NCBI RefSeq assembly: GCF_046119375.1
Contig: NW_027362765.1
Location: 434,186,001 to 434,250,000, forward strand
Reading direction: 5' to 3'
DNA from: Phyllobates terribilis
Lineage: Eukaryota
Length of the DNA: 64,000 nt
The notes under the pieces are model-generated. The model ran no database searches, was not told the origin of the DNA, and was given only the letters and a program-made list of their open reading frames with translations. Below are positions 1-11,049 of this stretch, in pieces. The stretch's first letter is position 1. Every line of letters starts with the position of its first letter. The position numbers were made by a program, and so were the translations under genes.

Positions 1-98
1 GGATAGTTTTCTGTTGGGATCTCTGACTTGAGACCTCCTGGTACAGGTCAGAGAGCGAAGGAGCCTGGGGGCCACCGGGTTCCATGGCTTGTGCTAAC

Positions 99-835
99 TG
101 TTACGGGTCCAGGTGGTGGAACCTCTGTGCTTCGGTGCAAGTAGGGACCAGAGGGGCATAACTAAGTGCCTACTCAGCCTGACCCAGGTCACATGGTGGC
201 TTAGTCAACTCCGTGAACCAGGGAGGGACCGGGCTGGTGAGCCAGGTGCCACTCTGGGACCAACCTTGTGTGAGAGCAGGCGACTCCCACGGGTCAGACG
301 ACAGGAGGTGACTGGTACTGCGGATGAACACGGCAGGCGGGCTGGCTGGTGGTCTGGGTAGATAAGCAGGCAGGTACGGCTGATAGCCAGACAGGCACTC
401 CGGGTAGGCAAGCAGGCGGGCATGACAGGTTACTTGGCAGGTGCACCGGGTAGGCAGGTTGGTGGGCACGGCAGGCAACTGGCAGGTGCTCCGGGTAGGC
501 AGGCTGGCGGGCACGGCAGGTAACTGGCAGGTGCTCCAGGTAGACAGGCTGGTGGGCATGGCAGGTAACTGGCAGGCTGGCGGGCAGAACTATGGACAGA
601 CTGGCGGGCTAGACTGTAGACATACTGGTGGGCTGGACTGTTAGACAGAGGGACCTGAGGGATGAAGCAAGTGTTAGCACACGGAACAACAACCTTGCAT
701 AGGCACTTCCATTTTGGAGGAGGTGCCTTATACAGGAAAAGTCCTCCGGCCATTGGCCGGGGACTTTTTAGGATGGCACGCGCGTCCCCTTTAAGAGGGA
801 GGGAGCGCGCGCACGTGCCGTAAGCATAGTGCCTG
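99..835. mobile_element. LTR-like fragment (probable Gypsy solo LTR) containing a 45-bp tandem repeat
   Basis: Starts with TGTTAC at 99. GC-rich with an internal 45-bp repeat, TTATAC and CCATTGG boxes, resembling anuran Gypsy LTRs as I recall them. No TSD found and the right boundary is uncertain. Confidence 0.4.
436..570 (+). repeat. 45-bp tandem repeat, 3 copies plus a partial copy
   Basis: Unit GGCAGGTGCTCCGGGTAGGCAGGCTGGCGGGCACGGCAGGTAACT starts at 436, 481 and 526, with a partial copy at 571. Confidence 0.9.
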
Positions 836-1285
836 GGAAGTAACAGTAAATAGCAAGTGCTAGTAAAAAGATGATTAAAAACAGGTTATTTAGTTGACAC
901 GTTTTTTGCAAAAAATGTATACTAAGCCGCTCTACCAACGTCAAGGTAACCCAGATCAGAGCAGTCCCTATCTGATGTATTTAAAACCTGATCATGTGTA
1001 CGGTACCTATATGAGAAGATCTAAAAGGTAAAGTCCATGTGGACACGCTGCAGAGGACGGCATTTTATGTGCATGGAAACCTCCCTAATCTTGCAAAAGC
1101 AAGAAACAATTGAATTGAATACAAACACATGGGCCATGCACACAGTGAACAATTGTGCAGAACAGTGTTCACACCACCAAAAGACTGAAACACAAGAACA
1201 CAGTAAAAAAACCTATAAAAATACTCTGTTGTAAAAAAGTAACAGTAAATATAGCAAGTGCTAGTAAAAAGATGATAAAAAAACA

Positions 1286-1568
1286 GGGTGTTTGGGTGAA
1301 GCCAGAGAGCCAGAGAGCAACACCGGAGGACTAGTGTTTGCTGGGACTTTATCATGCTACCCAGAGCGGGCCGGGCCGGGCCGGGCCTCATTTGATATCA
1401 GACTCTGTCACACCTTATCTTTTGTTTTCCTGTTAACCCCGAGAGGGTCTGTTTACTTTTTTGGGACACTACTGGAGTTTATGCTGCAGAATAAACTAGC
1501 CGGAAGTTTAATTCAGACCATGTGTTCTGTGTCTGCCTCTGGAGAGCCGTGCAAGTCGCTTTACCACA
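1286..1568 (+). repeat. 5' LTR (5'-truncated) of the Gmr1-type element
   Basis: Aligns to ~6040-6308 of the 3' LTR with roughly 13-15% mismatch by eye. The upstream half is missing. Confidence 0.85.
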
Positions 1569-1570
1569 GT

Positions 1571-1584
1571 TGGTGTGAGAGTGC
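1571..1584 (+). promoter_or_regulatory. Degenerate primer-binding site (tRNA-Leu-like)
   Basis: TGGTGTGAGAGTGC lies 2 nt after the LTR end and resembles TGGTGTCAGAAGTGG, the complement of the tRNA-Leu 3' end. Confidence 0.45.
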
Positions 1585-2645
1585 ATGCAAGATTCTAGCA
1601 ACATGTGTACCTGCCACAGAGACCAGTGGATGTCCTGGGTGAAGGCCGCCAGCCCGCCAGAGAAGTCCAGCAACCAGCCAGAGAAGTCCGGCAGCATGGA
1701 GGAACTCATTAAGCACCTGGTGCAGAGCCAACAACAGAGGCACAAGCAGCACTTGGGGAGCCAGCAGAGCATGCAGCAGAGCATGCAGGAGCAGCACCAG
1801 GAGATGACCAAACTGTTCCTGCAACAGATCAATTTGCAGCAAAAGGAGCAGCAGCAGCATCAGCAGGAGCAGCATCAGCAGATACAACTTCTGGCTGACG
1901 CCATCCATGGCAGGGCAACCTCCCCACCCACAGGGCACACTGATGATTTCCTTGTCAGGAAGGCGGTAAGATGGACCATGCAGAAGATGACACCTGGAGA
2001 TAATATAGAAGCATTTCTGACCGTCTTTGTGAGAATGGCAAATCGGGAGAGACTTCCACCAGAACAGTGGGCAGAGGTTCTGGCGCCATATTTGTCAAGT
2101 GAACCCCAAAAGGCATATTACAACTTGGCACTGCAGGATGCCATGGAATTCGCCAAGCTAAAGATAGAGATCTTGGAACGCCTGGGAGTGAATATGGCAG
2201 TGAGAGCCCAGCGAGTCCACCACTGGACGTATGACAGCGACAAACCCCTCGCTCGCAGATGTTTGACCTACTGCATCTCATTCAGAAGTGGTTGCAGCCA
2301 GAATCTTCCACTCCGGTCCAGATGGTCGAGCGGGTGGTGATTGATAGGATCGTGCACTCCCTTCCCAAGTCGGTGCTGACTTATGTTGCCCAGGGAGATC
2401 CCCAGAATGCAGATGACTTCATCAGCCTGGTAGAGAGGTACCAGGTGATTGAGAAATCCCCCGGGAAACCTGATATAGTCACTTCTCTTTACTGGGATAC
2501 CCAAAAGGGAGCGGGTTCACAACGGATGTGGTCTTGATCCTCCACTGGGGGGTGTCCCACTCCCACTGAAGGGCCACAAGGACTGTTGTTAAAGAGATAG
2601 TCTGTTAGCGGTGTCAAAACCCTGGTCACGTAGCCGCCAGGTGTC
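1585..2645 (+). pseudogene. Gag with Gln-rich coiled coil, SCAN-like domain and CCHC knuckle (frameshifted)
   Basis: ORF 1585-2340 (MQKMTPGDNIEAFLTVF...WAEVLAPYLSSEPQKAYYNL) shifts into 2259-2537 (LIQKWLQPESSTPVQMVERVVIDRIVHSLP). A C-x-x-C-x4-H-x4-C remnant (C*RCQNPGHVAARC) lies at ~2603-2645. Confidence 0.8.
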
Positions 2646-2709
2646 ATATGCCCCCTTAGCCCATAGACTTCAGCTTTGACTCAAAGGTCTCCTATTATGC
2701 TTATCCTAT

Positions 2710-4426
2710 TCAGCCTGCAGTGTCCATTAATGGAGTAAAGGTGCTTGGACTGTTGGACTTTGGGAGTCTGGCAACCTTAATCAGAGCTACCCTTCCCACC
2801 AGTTCATCCCTTCCGAAACTGTGGGCATCTGGTGCATCCATGAGGACGCCAAGGACTATACTGTGGCCACAGTGACAGTGGGAACCGACTCTGGTGTCCA
2901 GTCCCACGAGGTCGGGGTGGTTAAGGACTAATACATCCCATCATACTGGGCCATGATTTTTCTTTATTTTGGGACTTGTGAGGGATGGAAACCTTACTCA
3001 GGAGCGTGGGCAAATGCCAGGTCTCTGGAGAAGAACCCCCAATAAAGTATAAATTGGAAAATTTCCCACTGTGCGTCCCTGCCTGCGATGAGGGCAAGAC
3101 GGTGACTGAGGAGGCCGACCTCCCTGAGTTAAATGAGTCCGGAGAGAACTTTAGGACTGGTTAAGTTTGGGACCTGACCACCTGACCCTAAAAGGGGCAT
3201 TTGACCAGGTTTCTGTATGTAACGGGGTTGTCCAAGAGCTGAGGGTCTATACCAGGTTCCTCCACTTTGCAGTTCAAGGGGAGTTTCTATATCGGGTGGC
3301 TAAACTAAGGGATGGTGAGACAGTGGACCAGCTGTTAGTGCCGGGGCCATACAGACGGAGGGTACTGGATATTACCCATTCACATGTTCTGGGGGGACAC
3401 CTAGGGGTCGAGAAATCTCAGGAGACGATTTTAAGGTTTTATTGGCCTGGGTGTTACCAAAAAATGCCCTACCTGCCAAATAACCGCTCCCTCTTCCCAC
3501 TTCCAGAGTCCATTAGTTCCACTGTTAGTGATAGTGATACCCTTTGATATGATTGCTAAGAACCTAGTAGGGCCCTTATTCAAGCCAGCACAAGGCCACC
3601 AATACATTCTGGTGATCATGCACTATGTGACCCAGTATCCAGAAGCAGTACCGCTAAGAAGTTCATCAAGTAAATGCATAGCCAGGGAACTTATCCATAT
3701 ATTTGCCAGGACCGGTCTGCCGAAGGAAATCCTAATGGACCAAGTGACCCCATTCATGAGCAAAGTAATGAAGGAGCTGTGCAGGGTCCTCAAGATTACT
3801 CAACTGCGAAGCTCCGTTTACCATCCCCAGACAGACGGCTTAGTAGAGCGTTTTAGCAAGAACCTGAAAGCGATGCTCAAGAAAGTTGTAGAGAAGCATG
3901 GACGTGAGTGGGACTACCTACTGTCCTTCCTGCTCTTCTCTGTAAGGGAGATTCCATAAGCCTCTAACGTTTTTTTCTCCGTTTGAGCTCCAGTATGGAC
4001 AACATCCACGAGGCCTGGATATCGCTAAGGAATCCTGGGAAGCTGAGGTTACGCCACACCGGAGCATCGTTGAATGTGTCACCCAGATGCAAGAAAGAAT
4101 AGCGAAAGTGATGCCAATCGTGAAGTCTCCTCCAGGCGCAGGAAGCCCAGGCAAGGATCTATAATCGATTGGCGAGGCTGAGGCAGTTTCAGCCCGAGGG
4201 CCGTATTTTGCGGCTAATCCCTACAGTCGAGAGCAAGTTCTTGGCCAAATGGCAAGGTCCATATGAGGTGGTGGAGAAAGTCAGCGAAGTTAATTATAAA
4301 ATCCACCAGCCTGGCCGAAAAAAAATGCACCAAGTATACTATGTGAACTTGATCAAGCCGTGGCGGGAGCGGGAACCTGTGGAAAATCAATGCCTGGGAG
4401 CCGCCCCTGAAGGCAAAGTGGAATAA
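2710..4426 (+). pseudogene. Aspartic protease remnant followed by integrase (H2C2 zinc domain, rve core, C-terminal SH3-like domain)
   Basis: VSINGVKVLGLLDFG at ~2720-2765. HSHVLGGHLG...FYWPG (3167-3547). PFDMIAKNLVGPL...YPEAVPL...SVYHPQTDGLVERF (3528-3959). WQGPYEVVEK...VNLIKPW (4169-4426). Confidence 0.85.
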
Positions 4427-4449
4427 GTCACTATAGCAGAAACTCTATT

Positions 4450-5720
4450 GCTAGCCAATAAGCAACAGTGTCGAGAACTGCTTCAGTGAAATCCGAAGTT
4501 GTTCTCAGAGTCACATGTAAGAGTGAATCTGAAGCCATACCGGATTCTGGAAGCACGCTGGCAGGTGATCTCCGACAAGGTGAAGAGGATGCTACACCTC
4601 GGAGTGATAGTTGGGTCAAAGAGTTGGTGGTCGAGCCCAATCGTCCTTCTGTCAAAACCCAATGGAAGTGAAGGTTTTGCAATGATTATTGCCGGCTGAT
4701 TGAGGTGTCCAAGTGTAACGCGTACCCGATGCACCGCGTTGACGAACTTATCGAGAGGCTTGGATCGGCAAGGTACATCACCACTCTAACCAGACAAAGG
4801 GCTACTGATCCCCATGTCCCAGACGGACAGAGAAGACAGCTTTATCGACACCTGGTGGGTGCTTTCAATAAATTCAGGTGCCGTTCAGACTACAGGGGGC
4901 CCCAGCCACCTTCCAGAGGGCTATGGATCGGATCTTAGCTCCACATAACATGTTAAACCTTGTAGTTTTTAGCCCAGACTAATCTAGTCATCTACCTAAA
5001 CTGCAGGCCATTCTGAATGCACTGACAAAGCGGAATTTACTATAAATCCGAGAAAATGTGCCGTTGTGAAAGAGGAGACCAAGTACCATATACCTTGGGC
5101 TATGTGGTCGGGAGAGGCGAAATCAAGCCGCAAGTCAATAAAGTGGAGGCAATCCAGACCTGGCCGCAACCACTCTCCAAGAAGCAAGTAAGAGCATTCC
5201 TGGGAATGGTGCGATATTGTCAGCGGTTTACCCCGAATTTTGCCATGATGACCGCGCAGGCATCAGATCGACGATGGTGAAATGGGCGGAGGAAACAGAC
5301 AACGTTCCAACAGTTGAAGCTAGCACTGTGTAAACAGCCAGTATAGGTCGCACCAGACTTTAAGAAAGAGTTTGTGGTCCAGACAGACGCTTCAGAGGTT
5401 GGTCTAGGAGCCGTACTCTCTTAAAAGATAAATGAGGAAGAAGATCCCATTCTCTCCCTGAGACGGAAACTTTCTTCCTGCGAGACGAACTACGCAATAG
5501 TGGAAAAAGAGTGTTTAGCCATAAAGTGGTCCGTTGATACTCTAAGTATTACCTACTAGGCCGGAAGTTTAAGTTGGTGTCAGACCATGCTCCTTTTTGT
5601 TGGTTAAGGCAAAAGATGCCAGAGTAACTAGATGGTTCCTAGGTCTTCAGGACATTAACTTTCACGTGAAGCATAGGCCTGGGAAGTTTCACAGTAAAGT
5701 GGATACCCTCTCTAGGATTT
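4450..5720 (+). pseudogene. Gypsy reverse transcriptase and RNase H (frameshifted)
   Basis: PYRI...VKRMLHLGVIV..SKSWWSSPIVLLSKPNGS, NAYPMHRVDELIERLG, KKQVRAFLGMVRYCQRFTPNFA, a QTDASEVGLGAVL remnant at ~5375-5420, and ARVTRWFLGLQDINFHVKHRPGK. Confidence 0.85.
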
Positions 5721-5776
5721 CCTGCCTGGTATCGGAAAGTGCCCGAACCCCAGGCTTTGGGCAGATGGGGCAAATA

Positions 5777-6308
5777 TGTGACAAACTCACTTGTATGATA
5801 TACGAGAGGAGGTATGTGTCACTCAGGCTGCTGTCCTGTGTGAACTAAAACCTAATCAATTTCTGTCAGCATGTTATATGCTCGGGGTTAGCGCTCTTAA
5901 AGCGTGTGGTTTTATGGGAATGGCAAAGAGGGTGGGAGGCCATTCCCCTATCTCCCCTCAGGGTGTGGCTCAGCAAGGTTTAAATGTTCAGTCAGTTTTT
6001 TTTTCTCTGAGTAGTGTGTGGCCTGGAGAGTGAGGTCTCCAGGCTGTGTTTGGGAAAAGCCAGAGATCAACACCAGAGGACTGGTGTTTGCTGGGACTTT
6101 ATCAAGTTACCTGGAGCAGGCCGAGCCTCGATTGATATAGGACTCTGTTATAACTTATCTTTTGTCATCCCATTAACCCCGTGAGGGTCTGTTTATTTTT
6201 ATGGGACACTGCTGGAGTTTATGCTACAGAATAAACCAGCAGGAAGTTTAACTCGAACCGTGTGTCGTGTGTCTGCCTCTGGAGAGCCGTGCAAGTCGCT
6301 TTACCACA
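5777..6308 (+). repeat. 3' LTR (532 bp) of the Gmr1-type element
   Basis: TG...CA ends (TGTGAC at 5777, ACCACA at 6308). Preceded by a purine-rich GGGCAGATGGGGCAAATA (PPT). Contains AATAAA. Confidence 0.85.
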
Positions 6309-7074
6309 ATATTTACATCTATGCTATCCTTTAATTCTTTTTTGGGCAAATTTACTTTATTGACCTCTTCATTCACCAAAAATCTGAATTGTTTGGGGAC
6401 GTGACATTATAATGATCTTTTAGTGTGTTCCTTATATTGCTGATAATGATTTTTCTGTTCTCCCTTTATAACATGATAAACATCTATCATTATTTCATTG
6501 AATAATTCATCCACAACTCACACTTTTAAACTCATTGCTTAACTCCATCATCAAAAGAAGGGATGTCTATAGTAGTGTTGAGCCACCCCCGTAGTGTTCG
6601 AGTTCGGTTCGGTTCGTCGAACACCCGTGTGTTCGCCGAACTGTTCGTCGAACTGTTCGTCGAACACCTTCGAACACCGTTAAAACCAATGGCAGGCAAA
6701 CAAAAACACATAGAAACACATAGAAAACACCTTCAAAGGTGTCCAAAAGCTGGCAAACTGCTCAGAAGACATAACTAACACATGGAAAAGTGACAAGTAC
6801 ATATAGTCATGCGAAAATAAAAGAGGTGGAGGAGTAAAAGGAGGGGGAGACACAGATATAGGCATGTCATGCCCTTCTAAAATCCAAAAAGTGAGAAGCC
6901 GACACGGCCAGTCCGCTCCTGCCCGTGCCACCTCCGTGTCGCCGGGTTTGTGCCAGAGCCGCGGTGAACCCTGATAGCCAGCCCCCCTCTCCCAATACTG
7001 GTGCCTGTCCGCTGGTGGGTCGAGCGAGCCCCCCTGTGGTGGAGGCAGCTCTAAGCTTTTTAATTTAAATTGTC

Positions 7075-7343
7075 TCTCTAATTTGAATGAATACACTTTA
7101 AATCCATTTACAAGGATCTATTGGAGGGCAAGTCTCATGCCAGCAGCCGCGTAATTCCAGCTCCAGTAGCGTCCACTAAAGCTGCTGCAGTTAAAAAGCT
7201 TTTATAAGGATCGAGCTCGGCTGTCCACCGCAAGGCATCCTACTGCCAGTCCCAGCCCCTATGCCTTGGGGTGCCTCCTGATGCTCTTCACTGAGTATCC
7301 CGTGGTCCCGAAGCATTTCCTTTGAAAAAATGAAGTGTCCAAA
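7075..7343 (+). rRNA. 18S rRNA-derived fragment (degenerate, non-functional) inside hAT copy 1
   Basis: ACACTTTAAATCC...GGATCTATTGGAGGGCAAGTCT.ATGCCAGCAGCCGCGTAATTCCAGCTCCA.TAGCG...GCTGCAGTTAAAAAGCT...GATGCTCTT.ACTGAGT.TCCCG...TTTGAAAAAAT is colinear with vertebrate 18S around helix 18 and the start of V4. Confidence 0.9.
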
Positions 7344-7454
7344 CTACAGGTGGTGTAGCTTGCTTAACAGCCGGGATAATCCGCTGACTAGCAGACCCTG
7401 CTACTAGGCACAAAGTATTTCCTGGGCTAGATGCAGTTAAAAATTTGGAATTAG

Positions 7455-9280
7455 ATACTCTCGTTGGATGCTGAGAAAGCATTCCTTAGAGTCTCCTGGC
7501 ACGCCATATATGATTCTCTTAAAAAGCTTGGGGTAGGGGTCTAGGGGACCCTTTTATAGCCAAAATCACGGCCCTGTATCGCAATACGTCACCTAGGCTG
7601 AAGATAAATGGAACTGTAGCACCCTGAGGGCTCGATTGCTTCAGAGGTATTGCACCTCACCCAGAGGTGTGACATCTCACTCTCAGGTAAGGATGTAGTG
7701 TGGATCAGGACCCGACACCTGCATGCATTACACCACATTGCCGTGGGGCAGGGCGACCAATATGCCCCTGAGATGGGCACGACAGTCCCTGTCCCTGGCT
7801 GGAGTGGGGGGAGGGAACACTGAGGAAGGGGAACCCTGTAGTGCAGGAGCAGGGAGGAAGCAGTTCCTGGGTGCATTGAGAAGGGAGTATAAAAGGTGGG
7901 CACCATCTTAGTTCAGTGCAGAGAAGTCTGAGCAGAAGTGGCAGGGAGCAGGGGCTCTGCATGAGCTCTGCTCCGGAGGCGGGCCTAGTAACAGAGGCCC
8001 AGGCCTGGAAGAGGGAGAAGGAAGGAAGAGGAGCGGAGAAGGCTCCAGGAACGAGGAACGAAGGGATCTCAGGGGTGCGGACGGGCGAGTCGCCACCGCA
8101 CGCCAGAATCCACCTGCGTGGAGGGGTCAGGCCAAAGGGGGAGACCGGTCCCCGAAACTAGTGGAGGCAGGAAACGACCCTCAGCTAGAAACAGGAGGCT
8201 GTGACATTTTATGTGGCGCAGCCCCTCGCTACACCCGCTAGGAAGGCACCACATAGGGTCAGGGAAACTGGCGCCAAGTTTACCAAGAGGAGGCCCGAGG
8301 TAGCCGGACAGAAGGGTTGGTAAGAAAGGCCAGACAAAGGACACACAAAGGGGGTCCTGTGAAGTGCTCCAAAGTTATCTGGGAGTTGTCTGAGCCCCTC
8401 ACCTGGTGAGCACAGTACGACGTGGTCAGCCGTTACCTGCAGACGTGGTCTGGATAATAAGAACTGTGAGTAAAGGCCCTGGACTGCATCACTGACTCCG
8501 TGTCATTACTGCTGCTGCCCTGCACCATCACCCCCATCCTCCGCATACACTGCCCTGAGGCTATACTCCTCCCGTGGGGAGTTATGCTACGCTCTGCTGC
8601 ACCCACAACACCAGCCTCAGCGGTCTGCCCTGGAGCGGCGGTTCACTCTGACCGCAATCCACGGGTGGCGTAGTCGGACATTTAAACATCAAAACCACAT
8701 AAATAGTTCCGCCACTGGTTTGACCGCCCTGAGCCACGGAACCGGGTTGCCGCCACGGAGACTACAACCACCAGCATCCACCAAAAAGGGTCCGGCTCCG
8801 GGTGTCCCAAGGCCCAGGGGGCGCGTCAGAACATTTTCATCACCTTTCACAATCACCAATGGGACAAGGCAGGGATGTTCTCTGTCCCCTCTCTTATACA
8901 TCCTAGTGACGGAGCACCTGCTCTCATCAATTCGCCAAAACCCCAATATTAGGTGGATTGAGGTGGGAGGCACCGAGTACAAGTGCTCTCTATTTGCTGA
9001 TGATGTCCTAGTATATATCACTCAATCACATATATCCATCCATGCTGTTATGGCTGAAATAGATCACTTTGTTACATGGTCAAATTTTAAAATCAATGCA
9101 GCGAAGTCTGAGGCCCTCGATGCCTCCCTCCCCAAATCCATATAGGATTCCATCCAGTCCAACTTTCCCTGTGCCTGGCCCTCACAGGGTATCAAATACT
9201 TAGGAATTCCTATTCATAGAGACCTCTCCCATCTATGTTATCTTAATTTTGGGCCCTTTATTGAACAACTCCATACAGAC
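7455..9280 (+). pseudogene. L1-clade LINE reverse transcriptase fragment, interrupted by a solo LTR
   Basis: ILSLDAEKAF.RVSW at ~7455-7500 and RLKING up to 7614, resuming at 8833 with FSSPF...GTRQGCSLSPLL...FADD...KINAAKSEAL. It is contiguous in copy 3 (45370-46122). Confidence 0.85.
7615..8828 (+). mobile_element. Solo LTR (1214 bp), Gypsy-like, 4-bp TSD GAAC
   Basis: TGTAGCACC...GGCGCGTCA ends. GAAC at 7611-7614 and 8829-8832. AGTAAA at ~8469. Absent at the equivalent site of copy 3 (~45957-45965). Confidence 0.85.
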
Positions 9281-9350
9281 CACGGTTGGCAAGTTAGAAC
9301 TGTAAGATTCACTACGTGAACCACTGGTGTTTTGTGGAAAAGCACATGTA

Positions 9351-10723
9351 CACTGTGTTCCAAATTATTATGCAAAAAGTGTTTAGGAGTGATAAGGGAA
9401 GAATTTGTTTGTTTGTCAGTTAAACTCATTGATGGTGATGTGTGTCAGGGCTCTTTATATCACTGTAAGCAATTGCAGACACCAGTGCTAATTAGTTTGG
9501 CAGGTGTGTCCAATGAAAGGCAAGACTACTTAAGAAGGCTCTCTCACATTATTCAGCAGCCTACATTTTCTGCCAAAATGGGAAAGAAAAAGGATGTGTC
9601 GGCTGCTGAGAAGCAACAAATTGTGGAGTGTTTAGGTCAAGGCATGACTACAATCAACATTGTGCGATGATCAGGATGAAGTGTCTTGGCAATCAAGAAG
9701 TATGTAGCTGATTCACAGTACACACGTGTGCGTGCTGATAAGGGCAAATTGAGGACTCTTTCCTACAGGCAATTACGTCAGGTTGAAAGAGCAGCGGCAA
9801 AAAAGCCTTGTCATAGCAGCAGACAAGTTTTTGAAGCTGCTTGTGCCTCCAACGTCCCCCGAACAACAAGATGCCGGGTCCTTCAGAGGTTTGCAGCTGT
9901 GCATATGCCATCCTGTCGACCTCCTCTATCCACTTCACACAAGCAGAAACGGCTCCAGTGGGCCAAACATTACATGAAGACTGATTTCAAAACTGTTTTG
10001 TTCACGGATGAGTGCCGTGCAGCGCTCGATGGTCCAGATGGATGGAGTGGAGGATGGCTGGTTGATGGACACCCCACGCAAACATGGCTACAGCGCCAAC
10101 AAGGAGGAGGTGGAGTAATGTTTTGGGCTGGAATCATGGGGAGAGAGATTGTCGGCCCCTTTAGGATCCCTGAAGGCGCTAAAGATGAACTCCATAATGT
10201 ATGTGGATTTTCTCAAACAGCACTTCCTGCCATGGTTCAAGAAGAAGAACCATGTATTTCACAGCAAGATCATTTTTCTGCATGATAATGCACCATCTCA
10301 TGCTGCACATAAAACATCTGCATCTCTGGCTGATATGGGCATAAAAGGGGACAAACTTATGGTGTGCCCCCATGCTCCCCTGACCTCTACCCCATTCAGA
10401 ACCTTTGGAGCATCATTAAAAGGAGTGTCTATGATGGCGGGAGGCAGTTCACATCTAAGCAACAGCTCTGGGGAGGGTACTCTGTCCTCATGCAAAACAA
10501 TTGAAGCAGAAACCATCCAAAACCTGACAAATTCAATGGACGAGAGAGTTCAGAAGCTCCTTTCGAACAAGGCGTCCTATGTGAAAATGTAACATCACCT
10601 AGAATAAAGTTTTGAGTTGAAAACTGTTTGATTTCAGTTTCTAACAACCTGCTAATGCTTATAATTTCAAAAATGACCATTTTTTTGGTCTTTATTAAAA
10701 TGAAAAGGTTGATCGAAAAGTTT
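9351..10723 (+). mobile_element. Tc1/mariner element with DD37E spacing, decayed, one TIR lost
   Basis: TA|CACTGTGTTCCAAATTATTATGCA left end. MGKKKDVSAAEKQQIVECL at 9578, VLFTDECRAALDGPDGW, HDNAPSH, and 37 residues to the E position (mutated to Q in DLYPIQN). Frameshifted. Confidence 0.85.
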
Positions 10724-10830
10724 GGGGGATCTAAGAGTGTGGCAACCCAGTAGTCATGATTACTTCGAATTCTGACAATATGAGGGTCATGCTGCAGGTA
10801 GTGCAGCAAGAAGGCACTTATGTGTCTTGC
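10724..10830 (-). pseudogene. Remnant of a second hAT transposase (continues at 9281-9350 beyond the Tc1)
   Basis: Encodes AFLLHYLQHDPHIVRIRSNHDYWVATLLDP. 9281-9350 matches the TCAFPQNT...SNLPTV segment of the main ORF (11505-11570). Confidence 0.8.
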
Positions 10831-11049
10831 GGATCTCGGAGCCCCAAAATTATTTTCCGGGCTAGATGCAGCTAAAAATTATTTTTAATTTTAAATCTGG
10901 TGGAGCTTATTATAGATGGCCTAATAGGATCAGTGCTGCACACTGCTACAAAGCCCAGATTATTTTCCAGTCAAGATACAGATAAACATGATTAGTAATT
11001 TGAAAGCTTAAAACGGTTGGTAGGGTGATTTTAAACAATCATCAAGCTT

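Larger units (their letters stand above)
1286..6308 (+). mobile_element. Decayed Gypsy/Ty3 LTR retrotransposon, Gmr1-type (gag-SCAN, PR, IN, RT, RNase H)
   Basis: Two homologous LTRs both end ...GCAAGTCGCTTTACCACA (1568, 6308). PBS-like and PPT-like motifs are present. Frameshifted gag/pol motifs occur in the order PR-IN-RT-RH. Confidence 0.9.

Noticed and set aside
99-845. Complete solo LTR defined by TGTTAC...GTAACA
   Set aside because: No matching TSD (TAAC versus GTAA), and the GTAACA also belongs to the 50-bp repeat seen again at 1237, so the right end may be coincidental.
7075-7343. Functional 18S rRNA gene or rDNA unit
   Set aside because: Only ~270 bp, with many substitutions and indels, no flanking 18S, ITS or 28S, and embedded in a transposon.
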